From an uncultured Actinomycetes bacterium (lineage in GTDB: Bacteria > Actinomycetota > UBA4738 > JACQTL01), in NCBI GenBank assembly GCA_963707645.1, contig CAVPQW010000005.1, forward strand, positions 427,309 to 491,308: a stretch of DNA of 64,000 nt, in the 5' to 3' direction. Below, one piece after another: positions 45,117 through 53,686 of the stretch. Every line of letters starts with the position of its first letter. The first letter of the stretch is position 1. Under the pieces are notes generated by a model. It was not told the origin of the DNA, made no database searches, and worked only from the letters and a program-made list of their open reading frames with translations. The position numbers and the translations under genes are program-made.

Positions 45117-46639
45117 GTGATGGTTCGCGGCACGGCGCGACGGCGTGCGGGGGCCGTCGCCGCGGTTGCCCTCGTGGCCGCGACCTGTGGGGTGGTCGGC
45201 GTGATCCCGCGCGCGCTCCCGAGCTCCGGCTTGACCGGAATCCACAAGATCCGGCACGTGATCGTGATCATGCAGGAGAACCGGTCGTTCGACTCCTACT
45301 TCGGGACGTTCCCCGGGGCGGACGGCATCCCCATGGCGAACGGCGTTCCGACCGTGTGCGTCCCCGACCCGGCCGTGGGGCACTGCGTCCGCCCGTTCCA
45401 CGATCCAGACGTCGTGAACGAGGGCGGTCCGCACAGCGATACCAGCGCCCGTGCCGACGTGGACGCCGGGGCGATGGACGGCTTCGTGAGGAACGCGTTC
45501 GCCGGACGGCGGGCGTTCTGCATCACGGCGCCGGTCGACGACCCGCGGTGCACCGGGATCATCACCCACGACCGGGTTCCCGACGTGATGGGCTATCACG
45601 ACGCCCGCGAGATCCCGAACTACTGGACGTACGCGCGGGACTTCGTCCTGCAGGACCACATGTTCGAACCGGTCGAGTCGTGGAGCCTGCCGTCGCACAT
45701 GTGGATGGTGTCCGGGTGGTCGGCTCGTTGTTCGAACCCGATCGATCCCATGTCGTGCCGGACCGCCCTGGACTTCGGCTCGCACCGCAACCCGCTCCTC
45801 CGCGGCGGCTACCCGTGGACCGATCTCACGTGGCTCCTGCACCGGGACCACGTGACGTGGCGGTACTACGTGAGCCAGGGACAGCAGCCGGACTGCGACG
45901 ACGACGGGATGTTCTGCCGGCGAGGGCACCAGTCCGCGGGAACGCCCGGCATCTGGAACCCGCTGCCCAAGTTCGACGACGTGAACGAGGACGGACAGCG
46001 GGGGAACATCCGGCCGGTGGGCTCCTTCCTCCGGGCGGCTCGGGCGGGGCACCTGCGCGAACGTCTCGTGGATCGTGCCGAACCAGCGCGACAGCGAGCA
46101 CCCGCCCGCGTCGATCCGGACCGGCGAGGCGTACGTCACGCGGCTGATCGACGCCGTGATGGCGAGCCCCGATTGGTCGTCCACCGCGATCTTCCTGGCG
46201 TGGGACGACTGGGGCGGGTTCTACGACCACGTCGCGCCGCCGCGCGTGGACGGCGCCGGCTACGGCCTGCGGGTTCCGGGATTGCTGATCTCGCCGTACG
46301 CGCGGCAGGGGGTGCGTCGACCACCAGACGCTGTCGTTCGACGGGTACCTGAAGTTCATCGAGGACGACTTCCTGGGCGGGGCCCGGCTCGACCCGCGGA
46401 CCGACGGCCGGCCCGACTCGCGGCCGGGCGTCCGCGAGAACGCGCCGGTGCTCGGCGATCTGTCGAGCGAGTTCGACTTCTCGCAGCCGCCGCGGCCGCC
46501 GGAGATGCTGCGGCCGTACCCGCCACTGCCGCCGTCAGGCGCCGGAGGTCGAGCCGGCGCCCGGGCCCGAGGTGGCCACCGGGGTCGAGCCGCCGTCGTC
46601 CTGCGGGGCCGACGTGCCCGGGATCGAATCCGGGGATGA
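45117..46639 (+). pseudogene. Phosphoesterase/phospholipase C family (PF04185-type) enzyme, two apparent +1 frameshifts; 3' end uncertain
   Basis: 'IRHVIVIMQENRSFDSYFGTFPGADG', 'GYHDAREIPNYWTYARDFVLQDHMF...SLPSHMWMVSGW'. It then continues '[40 protein letters not shown]...[17 protein letters not shown]' (next frame) and '[22 protein letters not shown]...' (next frame). Junctions ~46050-46056 and ~46310-46317. Confidence 0.8.
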
Positions 46640-47974
46640 CGCGGCGCCGCCCGAGCCCGTGGTCGGGGGCGGCGCGGTCGTTCCGGCCGGCGCCGGCGCG
46701 GTGGTCGGCGGCGCGGTCGTGGGTGCGGTCGTCGCGCCTGTGGTCGGGGCCGTCGTCGGGGCGGTGGTGGCGGTCGGCGATGGCGAATCCTGACCGGACG
46801 AGCCCGACGGCCCGGATGCGCCGCCGCCCGATTGTCCGCCGTGGCCCGGGCCCGAGCTGTCGCCGGTCGGCGACACGTGGCCGTTCACCGTTGGCGTGTC
46901 GGCCGGGCCGGGGCCGCCCGAGGGGACCGAACGACCCGCGGTGAGCGCCAGCACCAGGATCCCGATGATCAGACCAGCCGCCAGACCGATGAGCCATCTC
47001 GAACGACCGCCGGAGGGCGGTTCGTCCCCCGACGCGACAGTCGTTGGTTGGGCGGTGAGCGCAGCGGCCGCTGTCGCCGACTCGACGGCGGTGGGTTCCA
47101 TCGGGCCGGTGGCTCCATCTCCGAGAAGGACGGGAGCGGCCTCGACCGGCCGCCCCGACAGGAACCGCTCGAGGTCCTCCCGCATCTCGGCCGCGCTGGC
47201 GTAGCGGTTGGCGGGGTTCTTGGCCATGGCCTTGAGCACGACGGCCTCGAGGTCCGGCGGGATCCCCGGCACCACCTGGGAGGGGAGCACGGGGTTCTCC
47301 CGGACGTGCTTGTAGGCCACGGCCACCGGCGAGTCGGCCTGGAACGGGGGAACCCCGGTCAGCTCCTCGTACAGCACGATTCCCAGGGAGTAGATGTCCG
47401 AGCGGGCGTCGACCGGGCGGCCCTCGGCCTGCTCCGGGGACAGGTAGGAGGCCGTGCCCAGCACGGTGGCGGTCTGGGTCAGGGGTTCGGTGCTCGCGGC
47501 CCGGGCGATGCCGAAGTCCATGACCTTCACCTCGCCCTGGGGGGTGATCATGATGTTCCCGGGCTTGACGTCGCGGTGGACGATCCCCGCGGCGTGGGCG
47601 AAGGACAGGGCCGAGGCCACCTGCGCGGCGATCTCCGCGGCCCGCTCCGGCATGAGGTGGCCCTCGGTCTTCAGCACGTCGGCGAGCGTTCTTCCCGCCA
47701 CGTACTCCATGACGATGTAGTGCACGGGGCCGTCGGAGCCGGTGTCGAACACGGAGACCACGTTGGGGTGGTTGAGGCGGGCCGCGGCCTGGGCCTCCCT
47801 GCGGAACCGCTCCACGAACCCGGCGTCCTGGGCGTACTGGGGGCCGAGCACCTTCACGGCCACGGTCCGGTTGAGCACGGTGTCGGTGCCCCGGTAGACC
47901 TGGGCCATGCCGCCGGCGCCGGCCAGCGGCCCGACCTGGTACCGCTCCGCGATCAACTTGGGCGGATTCGTCAC
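46535..47974 (-). CDS. Ser/Thr protein kinase (Hanks type) with one TM and Pro/Thr/Gly/Ser-rich extracellular tail
   Basis: '[11 protein letters not shown]...VAVKVL', '[10 protein letters not shown]', 'DFGIA', 'SPEQAEG'. TM '[18 protein letters not shown]'. No PASTA repeats. Confidence 0.92.
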   Translation of the reverse strand: MTNPPKLIAERYQVGPLAGAGGMAQVYRGTDTVLNRTVAVKVLGPQYAQDAGFVERFRREAQAAARLNHPNVVSVFDTGSDGPVHYIVMEYVAGRTLADVLKTEGHLMPERAAEIAAQVASALSFAHAAGIVHRDVKPGNIMITPQGEVKVMDFGIARAASTEPLTQTATVLGTASYLSPEQAEGRPVDARSDIYSLGIVLYEELTGVPPFQADSPVAVAYKHVRENPVLPSQVVPGIPPDLEAVVLKAMAKNPANRYASAAEMREDLERFLSGRPVEAAPVLLGDGATGPMEPTAVESATAAAALTAQPTTVASGDEPPSGGRSRWLIGLAAGLIIGILVLALTAGRSVPSGGPGPADTPTVNGHVSPTGDSSGPGHGGQSGGGASGPSGSSGQDSPSPTATTAPTTAPTTGATTAPTTAPPTTAPAPAGTTAPPPTTGSGGAASSPDSIPGTSAPQDDGGSTPVATSGPGAGSTSGA

Positions 47975-48102
47975 GCCACGTATGTACCCGCAGTGGGCGT
48001 CCAGTCACGCCCGAAAACTTCCCGGCGGCGTTTCAGCCCGGCGCTCGTGCGGCCGATGATGAAACCGTGCGCGAACAGGTGAACGGCGACCAGACCGACG
48101 TG

Positions 48103-48894
48103 ATGGACAACCTTGCGCCGGCCGACTGGGCAACGGCGGACGAGATCCGGCGCCGTCGCTTCACCAAGGTGTCCGACGGCTACTCGCCCGACGAGGTCCA
48201 CGAGTACCTGGGCCACCTCGCCGGGACGTTCGCCAACCTCCGCTCCCAGATCGCCGAGCTCCGGAAGTCCTCCGTGCCCACGGTCCCTCAGGGCGGCCCG
48301 GACGGCATGAGCGACCTCGCGTCGCGCATGGCCGCGGTGCTCCGCGAGTCCGAGGAACACGCCACGAATGTTCGTCAGGAGGCCGGGCAGGAGTCCACGC
48401 GCCTCGTGGCCGACGCCCGGCAGGAGGCCGATCGCGTGCTGAACGGGGCCCGCGAAGAGGCCGACCGCACCGTCGTCGCCGCGCGCAAGGAGGCCGAGCA
48501 GGCCATCGCGAGCCACGTCGAGGCGGCACGCGCGTCGGCGGAACAGGCCGACAAGGCGCTCGCGGGGGCCGCCGAACAGGCATCCGTCCTCCTCGCCACC
48601 GCGCACGAGGAGGCCGCGAAGCTCCGCGCGGGGGCCGAACAGGAGGCTGCCGAAGCCCGAGCCGAGGCCGACCGGCGCTCGGATGAGGCGCTGCGGTTCC
48701 GCGACACGGTGCTGCTCGAGCTGCGCGGTGCGGTCGAACGGGTTGCCGCCGCCGCGCCGGCCTGGCCGGAAGACGAACCGCCGGCGGCGACCGAAGGCCA
48801 GCCGAGCGACCAGCCTGCGGCCGCGCCCCAAGCCGCGACGGAGGACGCCCCCGCGCCGGCCGATCAGGACGTCGAGGCCGGGCTCGTCAGCTGA
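48103..48894 (+). CDS. DivIVA domain-containing protein
   Basis: N-terminal 'ADEIRRRRFTKVSDGYSPDEVHEYLGHL' DivIVA motif followed by a long Ala/Glu/Arg coiled coil. Confidence 0.8.
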   Translation: MDNLAPADWATADEIRRRRFTKVSDGYSPDEVHEYLGHLAGTFANLRSQIAELRKSSVPTVPQGGPDGMSDLASRMAAVLRESEEHATNVRQEAGQESTRLVADARQEADRVLNGAREEADRTVVAARKEAEQAIASHVEAARASAEQADKALAGAAEQASVLLATAHEEAAKLRAGAEQEAAEARAEADRRSDEALRFRDTVLLELRGAVERVAAAAPAWPEDEPPAATEGQPSDQPAAAPQAATEDAPAPADQDVEAGLVS

Positions 48895-48903
48895 CGCCGG
48901 CCG

Positions 48904-49800
48904 TCAGGCTCCGCAGATGGGCCAGTCCTTCGCCCAGGTTCCCTGTTCCGAAGCCATCCGCATGCTGATCACGATGTTCGCCTTGGCGTCGGTCGGTGAG
49001 ATCCCGGCGAACCCGTAGTCGATCGCGCGCTGGCGCCAGTAGCGGAGGCTCTGCTGGAACAGGCCGCTGCAGCCGGATCCGCCGCAGCCCGTCGGGTTGT
49101 ACGCGGCCGTCTGGAAGCGCGACTCGCAGAACGTCACCGCGAAGGCCGTCGTCGCGCCCCCGGGAACGTCCCACAGGGCCGCCTCGCAGGCGATGAGGCG
49201 CTTCACGGCGCCCGCACCGATCCGCCAGTCGATCGGGCACGGGTCGGGAACCGGGTGGAGGTCGACGGGGTTCGGTTCGACGAGGGGCGCTCGGTCAACG
49301 GTGGCCTCGGCGGGCTCGACACCGGATGCGGGCGCGAGACCAGTGACCCGCACCGTCGCCGCGATCGCCAGCACGGCGAAGAGCGAGAGCATGACGCTTC
49401 CCCGCTGGGGGGCCCGCCACCCATCGCGGGTTCGTTCGGTGCGCCGGTTGACCCACCACGGGGGTTGGATGGGCGGCCGAGGCAGCGCCATCGAGTTCCG
49501 CATCGACGGCCGGGCCGTGCGCGAAACCGGAACCGCCATGCGCCGCCCGGATGCCTCGACGGGTCGCGTGGTGAACGCCGGCATCGTCGTGGACGCCGCC
49601 CGCGGCTTCGACCGGGGGGCGGAGGCCCGTGGCTTCCGATGGGGCCGGGCGCGGCTCTTCGAGGCCCGGTCGTACCCGGCAGGGCGATGCTGCGGGGCCC
49701 GCCGCGGAGGGGTCGCCGGCACCCGCCGCGGCCGCGCCGACAGGTCCATCGTGCGCGCCCACGGGGCGTACGCCATCGACTGCGTCCCTGCCCTGGGCAT
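48904..49800 (-). CDS. Membrane-anchored/secreted transglycosylase-like (SLT/Rpf-like) protein; start uncertain (49800 with basic N-terminal tail, or as late as 49392)
   Basis: C-domain 'AVTFCESRFQTAAYNPTGCGGSGCSGLFQQSLRYWRQRAIDYGF'. TM/signal 'MLSLFAVLAIAATV'. The in-frame upstream part is Arg/Pro-rich but keeps codon-phase GC3. Confidence 0.65.
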   Translation of the reverse strand: MPRAGTQSMAYAPWARTMDLSARPRRVPATPPRRAPQHRPAGYDRASKSRARPHRKPRASAPRSKPRAASTTMPAFTTRPVEASGRRMAVPVSRTARPSMRNSMALPRPPIQPPWWVNRRTERTRDGWRAPQRGSVMLSLFAVLAIAATVRVTGLAPASGVEPAEATVDRAPLVEPNPVDLHPVPDPCPIDWRIGAGAVKRLIACEAALWDVPGGATTAFAVTFCESRFQTAAYNPTGCGGSGCSGLFQQSLRYWRQRAIDYGFAGISPTDAKANIVISMRMASEQGTWAKDWPICGA

Positions 49801-49891
49801 GCTATGAGCCTTCCCGCCCCTCACGAGGGGGCAAACCGACTGAACAGCTCGAGCATGCCCGCAGAACCCATGCACAGCGCAAACGCGCAGG

Positions 49892-50590
49892 TCAGCGGTT
49901 CGAAAAAAGTGGGACGTTCGCGCCACTCATCGCGGCGATCGGACCGTCGAGCAGGTCGGCGACCAGGCGGGCGACGTCCTCGGGCTGCAGCCCCGCACGG
50001 AGGTCGGGGTTCGCCGCGCGGAGCATCTCGGTGTCCACCGCGCCCGGGCTGAGCGAGATCGCCGAGATGCCGTGCTCGCGCCCTTCCACAGCCAGGCCCT
50101 CCATGAGCCCGACCACGCCGTGCTTCGACGCGTTGTAGGCGAGCAGCCCCGGGAACTTCTCGGTCGCGTACACGCCCGACAGCGATGAGACCAGGACGAT
50201 GCGCCCTCCGCCGCGCCCGCGCATCTGCTTGAACGCCGCCCGGGAGCACAGGAACGCGCCCGTGAGGTTCACGCCGAGCGTCGAGCCCCAGGCCTCGTCG
50301 GTCGTGTCCTCGACGCCGGCGTTCACCAGCACGCCGGCCGCCGCGACGAGGATGGAACACCCACCCAGATCGTCGGCGGCCTCGAATATGCGGTCCACGT
50401 CGGAGCGCTCGGCCACGTCTGCCGGAACGGCACGGATGGCGTCGGTGCCCGCGGCGAGCTCGGCGAGCGCGTCCACCGTGCGCGCAGCCGCCACCACCTT
50501 CGCACCCTCGGCGGCGAGGCGCGAGGCGACCGCTCGGCCGATGCCTCGGCTCGCGCCGGTCACGACGGCCACTTCGCCGGCGAACCTCAT
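49892..50590 (-). CDS. Classical short-chain dehydrogenase/reductase (candidate sepiapterin-reductase-like step)
   Basis: 'VAVVTGASRGIGRA', 'NAG', 'SSLSG...AYNASK' catalytic YxxxK. ATG 50590 overlaps the GT4 stop (ATGA). Confidence 0.88.
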   Translation of the reverse strand: MRFAGEVAVVTGASRGIGRAVASRLAAEGAKVVAAARTVDALAELAAGTDAIRAVPADVAERSDVDRIFEAADDLGGCSILVAAAGVLVNAGVEDTTDEAWGSTLGVNLTGAFLCSRAAFKQMRGRGGGRIVLVSSLSGVYATEKFPGLLAYNASKHGVVGLMEGLAVEGREHGISAISLSPGAVDTEMLRAANPDLRAGLQPEDVARLVADLLDGPIAAMSGANVPLFSNR

Positions 50591-51705
50591 GCGGGGCCCC
50601 GGCCGGCGGCCGGCACGGAGGCGGCGGCGAGCTCCAGCGACAGTCGTTCGTAGGCGTCGACCATCGCGTCCAGCGACAGATGTTGCTCTGCGTGGCGGCG
50701 GATGGCGCGCCGGTCGAACGATCCGGCCTGCGCCAGCGCGAGCGCCGCGGCCCCCACGTCGCCCTCCGGGACGAGGGCGCCCGTGGGCGCTCGGCCGGCA
50801 CCGCCGTCTGGAGCCGCCGCTTCGTGGACGACCTCGGGGAGCGCGCCGCGCCGATAGCCGATGACCGGCGTTCCTGCGGCCTGCGCTTCGGCCGCGACCA
50901 GGCCGAACGGCTCGTCCCACCGAACGGGACAGAGGACCGCCAGGGCGCCCGCCATCAGGAGCCACAGCTGTTCCCGGGGAACCGCTTCCCGCATCTCGAC
51001 GCCCGCCGACGCGGCGGCACGCCGGACCTCGTCCGCGTGCGCCTCGTCGTACGGCGGCCCCACGATCGTCAGGGGCACACCCGCCAGCGCGGCGATCTCG
51101 ATGGCGTCCGGGGCGCCTTTCTCCGGCGAGAGCCGACCGGCGAACAGGGCGCCGGCCGCTTCCGAGCCGTCGCCGAACGGAATCCGGTCGACCGGGACCC
51201 CGTTGCGGATCACCCGCGCCTCGACGCCTGCGCCCGCCCAGGCGGCGCGCATGACCTCGGACACCGTCACGACGGCCATGCGCGGCTCCGCGGGCCGAAC
51301 GGCCGCCGACACGTCGTCCGTCGGCGGCAGGTGCAGCACCTGCACGACCGGCAACCCGAGCGCCGCTACGGCAGCCACGGCCGGGGCGTCGAAGGCGTGG
51401 GCGTGAACGACGTCGGGAGCGGCCCCGGCGACCATCGCGACGGCCCGCTCGAACGCCTCCCGGGCCGGGGCCGGGTCGGGGGCCGGCCCACCGACCCGGA
51501 AGAGCGACGCGCGGAGCGCCTCCGAGTCGACGCCGGTGTCGACCACCTCGACCCCTTCGATCCGCGAGCCGGACGCCGCGAACACCTGCACCTCGTGTCC
51601 GCGTCCGGCGAGGCCGCGCGAGAGGTCGGCCAAGAGCGCCTGCGACCCGCCCAGTTGCGGTTCCGCGATCGGCGACACCAGTGGCGCCAGGACCGCGATC
51701 CTCAA
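50587..51705 (-). CDS. Glycosyltransferase family 4
   Basis: TTG 51705 overlaps the upstream stop (TTGA). 'LRIAVLAPLVSPI...GGSQALLADLSRGLAGRGHEV', 'FAGRLSPEKG', 'EPFGLVAAEAQAAGTPVIG'. Confidence 0.85.
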   Translation of the reverse strand: MRIAVLAPLVSPIAEPQLGGSQALLADLSRGLAGRGHEVQVFAASGSRIEGVEVVDTGVDSEALRASLFRVGGPAPDPAPAREAFERAVAMVAGAAPDVVHAHAFDAPAVAAVAALGLPVVQVLHLPPTDDVSAAVRPAEPRMAVVTVSEVMRAAWAGAGVEARVIRNGVPVDRIPFGDGSEAAGALFAGRLSPEKGAPDAIEIAALAGVPLTIVGPPYDEAHADEVRRAAASAGVEMREAVPREQLWLLMAGALAVLCPVRWDEPFGLVAAEAQAAGTPVIGYRRGALPEVVHEAAAPDGGAGRAPTGALVPEGDVGAAALALAQAGSFDRRAIRRHAEQHLSLDAMVDAYERLSLELAAASVPAAGRGPA

Positions 51706-52469
51706 CGTCGCCGCCAGCACAGGTCGCGGGGCGGGTTCGTCCCGAGGACGTCGTAGGGCACGCGGGCGGAACCCGTCCGTAGGATCCACCCCACCGCACC
51801 GGGCGCGAACACCCGTGCCAGCTCGGCGGCGTCCTCCGCCGAGGCGAACTCCACCGCCATCTCCCCGGGGAACTCCACGTGGGCGAACCCGCGCGACACG
51901 AGCCATGCGGGGTCGTCGGGCCAGATCACGACGACCAGCCCGCCCGGCACGCACGCCCGGAGCATCTCGGCGAGGCCGTCGTCGGAACCGTGGCCTCGTT
52001 CCCTGGTGAACGCCGAGCACGCCACCACGAGGTCGGCCCACGCATCGGGCACGGGAAGGCGTTCGAAGAAACCGTCGCGGACCTCGACTCCGTCGAGGTC
52101 CGCGACCCGGTCCGCCAGCCGGGCCCGCATGGGCCCGGCTGGCTCCACGGCGATCAGGGTGTCGCATCGCGGCGCCAGCTCGACCGTCAGCCGCCCGGCG
52201 CCGGCCCCGACCTCGACGGCGAGGCCGACCCGCTCGGGCAGCCACGCCGCGATCCCGGGGTGAAGCCGCTCCCCCGCGACCAGGCGTTCGTACAGCTCGG
52301 GCTCGACGCGGTACAGCAGCTCCCACGCGACGGCGGGCCCGGCCACGTCCCACGGAGCGTCGCGGCCGCCGACCGGCCCGAGGAACCGCTCGAGCTCCTC
52401 GTCGGAGAACACCTCGAGCTGCTCGGGCCCGTACCGGCGAACGAGCTCCGCCGGCGGCGCCGTGCTCAC
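51702..52469 (-). CDS. Class I SAM-dependent methyltransferase
   Basis: GTG 52469 overlaps the PTPS stop (GTGA). Motif I 'AVEVGAGAGRLT', 'DLVVACSAF', 'PGGLVVVIWP'. Confidence 0.8.
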   Translation of the reverse strand: MSTAPPAELVRRYGPEQLEVFSDEELERFLGPVGGRDAPWDVAGPAVAWELLYRVEPELYERLVAGERLHPGIAAWLPERVGLAVEVGAGAGRLTVELAPRCDTLIAVEPAGPMRARLADRVADLDGVEVRDGFFERLPVPDAWADLVVACSAFTRERGHGSDDGLAEMLRACVPGGLVVVIWPDDPAWLVSRGFAHVEFPGEMAVEFASAEDAAELARVFAPGAVGWILRTGSARVPYDVLGTNPPRDLCWRRR

Positions 52470-52882
52470 CCGGCCTCCCGGGTCCGTCCCGCGCGGTTCT
52501 TCTCGGTCTCGCGGACCACGACTCGCCACAGCAGGCCGTCCGGCAGCCGCGCGTCGAGGCGTTCCCAGATCGCGTCGACGAGGACCTCCGTCGTCGGGAT
52601 CCGGCCGGCGAGCCAGTCGACGTCGGTGTTCAGGTTCCGGTGATCGACGTCGTCGAGCACCGCCTCGTGGAGCACCCGGGACAACTCGCCGAGGTCCATG
52701 ACGTAGCCCGTCTCCGGGTCGATCTCGCCGCGCACGCTCACCTCGAGCACGTAGTTGTGCCCATGCCCCGACGGGTTGCTGCAGCGGCCGAACACCTCCG
52801 CATTGCGTTCGTCGGACCATTCCGGGCGGAACAGCCGGTGCCCGGCGGTGAAGGTCTCGCGGCGGGTCACCACGACCGGCAT
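52466..52882 (-). CDS. 6-pyruvoyl-tetrahydropterin synthase (PTPS-I type; QueD superfamily)
   Basis: 'FTAGHRL', 'GRCSNPSGHGHNYVLEVSVRGEIDPETGYVMDL', 'DHRNLN', 'TTEVLVDAIWERL', 'RVVVRETEKN' are colinear with animal PTPS blocks (CNNPNGHGHNY...). Confidence 0.88.
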   Translation of the reverse strand: MPVVVTRRETFTAGHRLFRPEWSDERNAEVFGRCSNPSGHGHNYVLEVSVRGEIDPETGYVMDLGELSRVLHEAVLDDVDHRNLNTDVDWLAGRIPTTEVLVDAIWERLDARLPDGLLWRVVVRETEKNRAGRTREAG

Positions 52883-52891
52883 GGCCGGAGG

Positions 52892-53539
52892 CTAACGCTC
52901 CTGCGAATGCCGCGTCGCGAGCGACAGGAACTCCTGCCGGGTCCGGGCGTCGTCGCGGATCGCGCCGCGCAGCGCCGATGTGATCGTGCGCGAGCCCGGC
53001 TTCTTCACGCCGCGTAGCGACATGCACGAGTGGTCGGCCTCGAGCACCACGCCGACCCCGATCGGCTCGAGGTGCTCGACCAGCCAGTCGGCGATCTGTC
53101 CGGTCAGCCGCTCCTGGACCTGCAGATCCCGGGCGAACAGCTCGACCACGCGGGCGAGCTTCGACAGCCCGACGATGCGGTCGCCGGGGATGTACCCGAC
53201 GTGGGCAACGCCGGAGAACGGCAGCAGGTGGTGCTCACAGAGCGAGGAGAACTCGATGTCCCGGGCGATGACGAGCTCGTCGTAGCCCTCCTCGTTGGGG
53301 AACGTCGTCGGCGTGAACGCGACCGGCGACAGGAGCTCGGTCATGGCCGCCGCGACACGCCTCGGCGTGTCGCGGAGGCCGGCGCGATCGGGATCCTGGC
53401 CGAGAGCGACCAGCAGGTCGCGCACGGCCTGCTCGGCCGCCTGGTTCCGGTGCTCCCGGGTGATCGCGCGGAGGCGCACGCCCGCTGCCGGGACTTCGGT
53501 TGCCGATCGGGGCAGTTCGGTCGGTTCGGTCATGGTCAT
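52892..53539 (-). CDS. folE: GTP cyclohydrolase I
   Basis: 'GLRDTPRRVAAAM', 'FSSLCEHHLLPFSGVAHVGYIP', 'VVLEADHSCMSLRGVKK'. ATG 53539 (or 53533). Confidence 0.92.
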   Translation of the reverse strand: MTMTEPTELPRSATEVPAAGVRLRAITREHRNQAAEQAVRDLLVALGQDPDRAGLRDTPRRVAAAMTELLSPVAFTPTTFPNEEGYDELVIARDIEFSSLCEHHLLPFSGVAHVGYIPGDRIVGLSKLARVVELFARDLQVQERLTGQIADWLVEHLEPIGVGVVLEADHSCMSLRGVKKPGSRTITSALRGAIRDDARTRQEFLSLATRHSQER

Positions 53540-53686
53540 GGTCTGTTCACTCCCGTCCTGACAACCGGGCCCGGGTGCCGGGCATTCCCCTTCGCACGGG
53601 GCCCTCCGTGCGTTGCACAAGGGCCTACGAGCCGGCCGTCGCCGGAGATGTACCCGCAATCGCGACCCTCACCTACAGTGGGGCTC

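Noticed and set aside
46535-46639. A genuine 105-nt convergent overlap between the PLC-family gene and the Ser/Thr kinase gene.
   Set aside because: The PLC tail in this stretch ('[22 protein letters not shown]...') is Arg/Gly junk antisense to the kinase tail. The true PLC stop is more likely masked by another indel or lies near 46530.
49393-49890. ydaO/c-di-AMP riboswitch upstream of the SLT-like gene, by analogy with rpfA leaders.
   Set aside because: I found only weak fragments (GAAGCCACGGGCCUCC, ACCCGUCGAGG) and no closing helix. The region also shows codon-phase periodicity, which suggests coding sequence.
49892-53539. Reading the folE-queD-like operon as a queuosine/7-deazapurine or folate pathway fragment.
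   Set aside because: No queE (radical SAM), queC, tgt, or folB/folK/folP genes are linked. The PTPS has the CxxPxGHGHNY PTPS-I motif rather than the QueD CxxxHGH pattern.
53540-53686. THF-II (folE motif) riboswitch in the folE leader.
   Set aside because: I see only a simple hairpin (gcacgg agggcc ccgtgc) and cannot recall or match the consensus. That class is, as far as I know, mainly from Gram-negative lineages. This needs cmsearch, not eyeballing.
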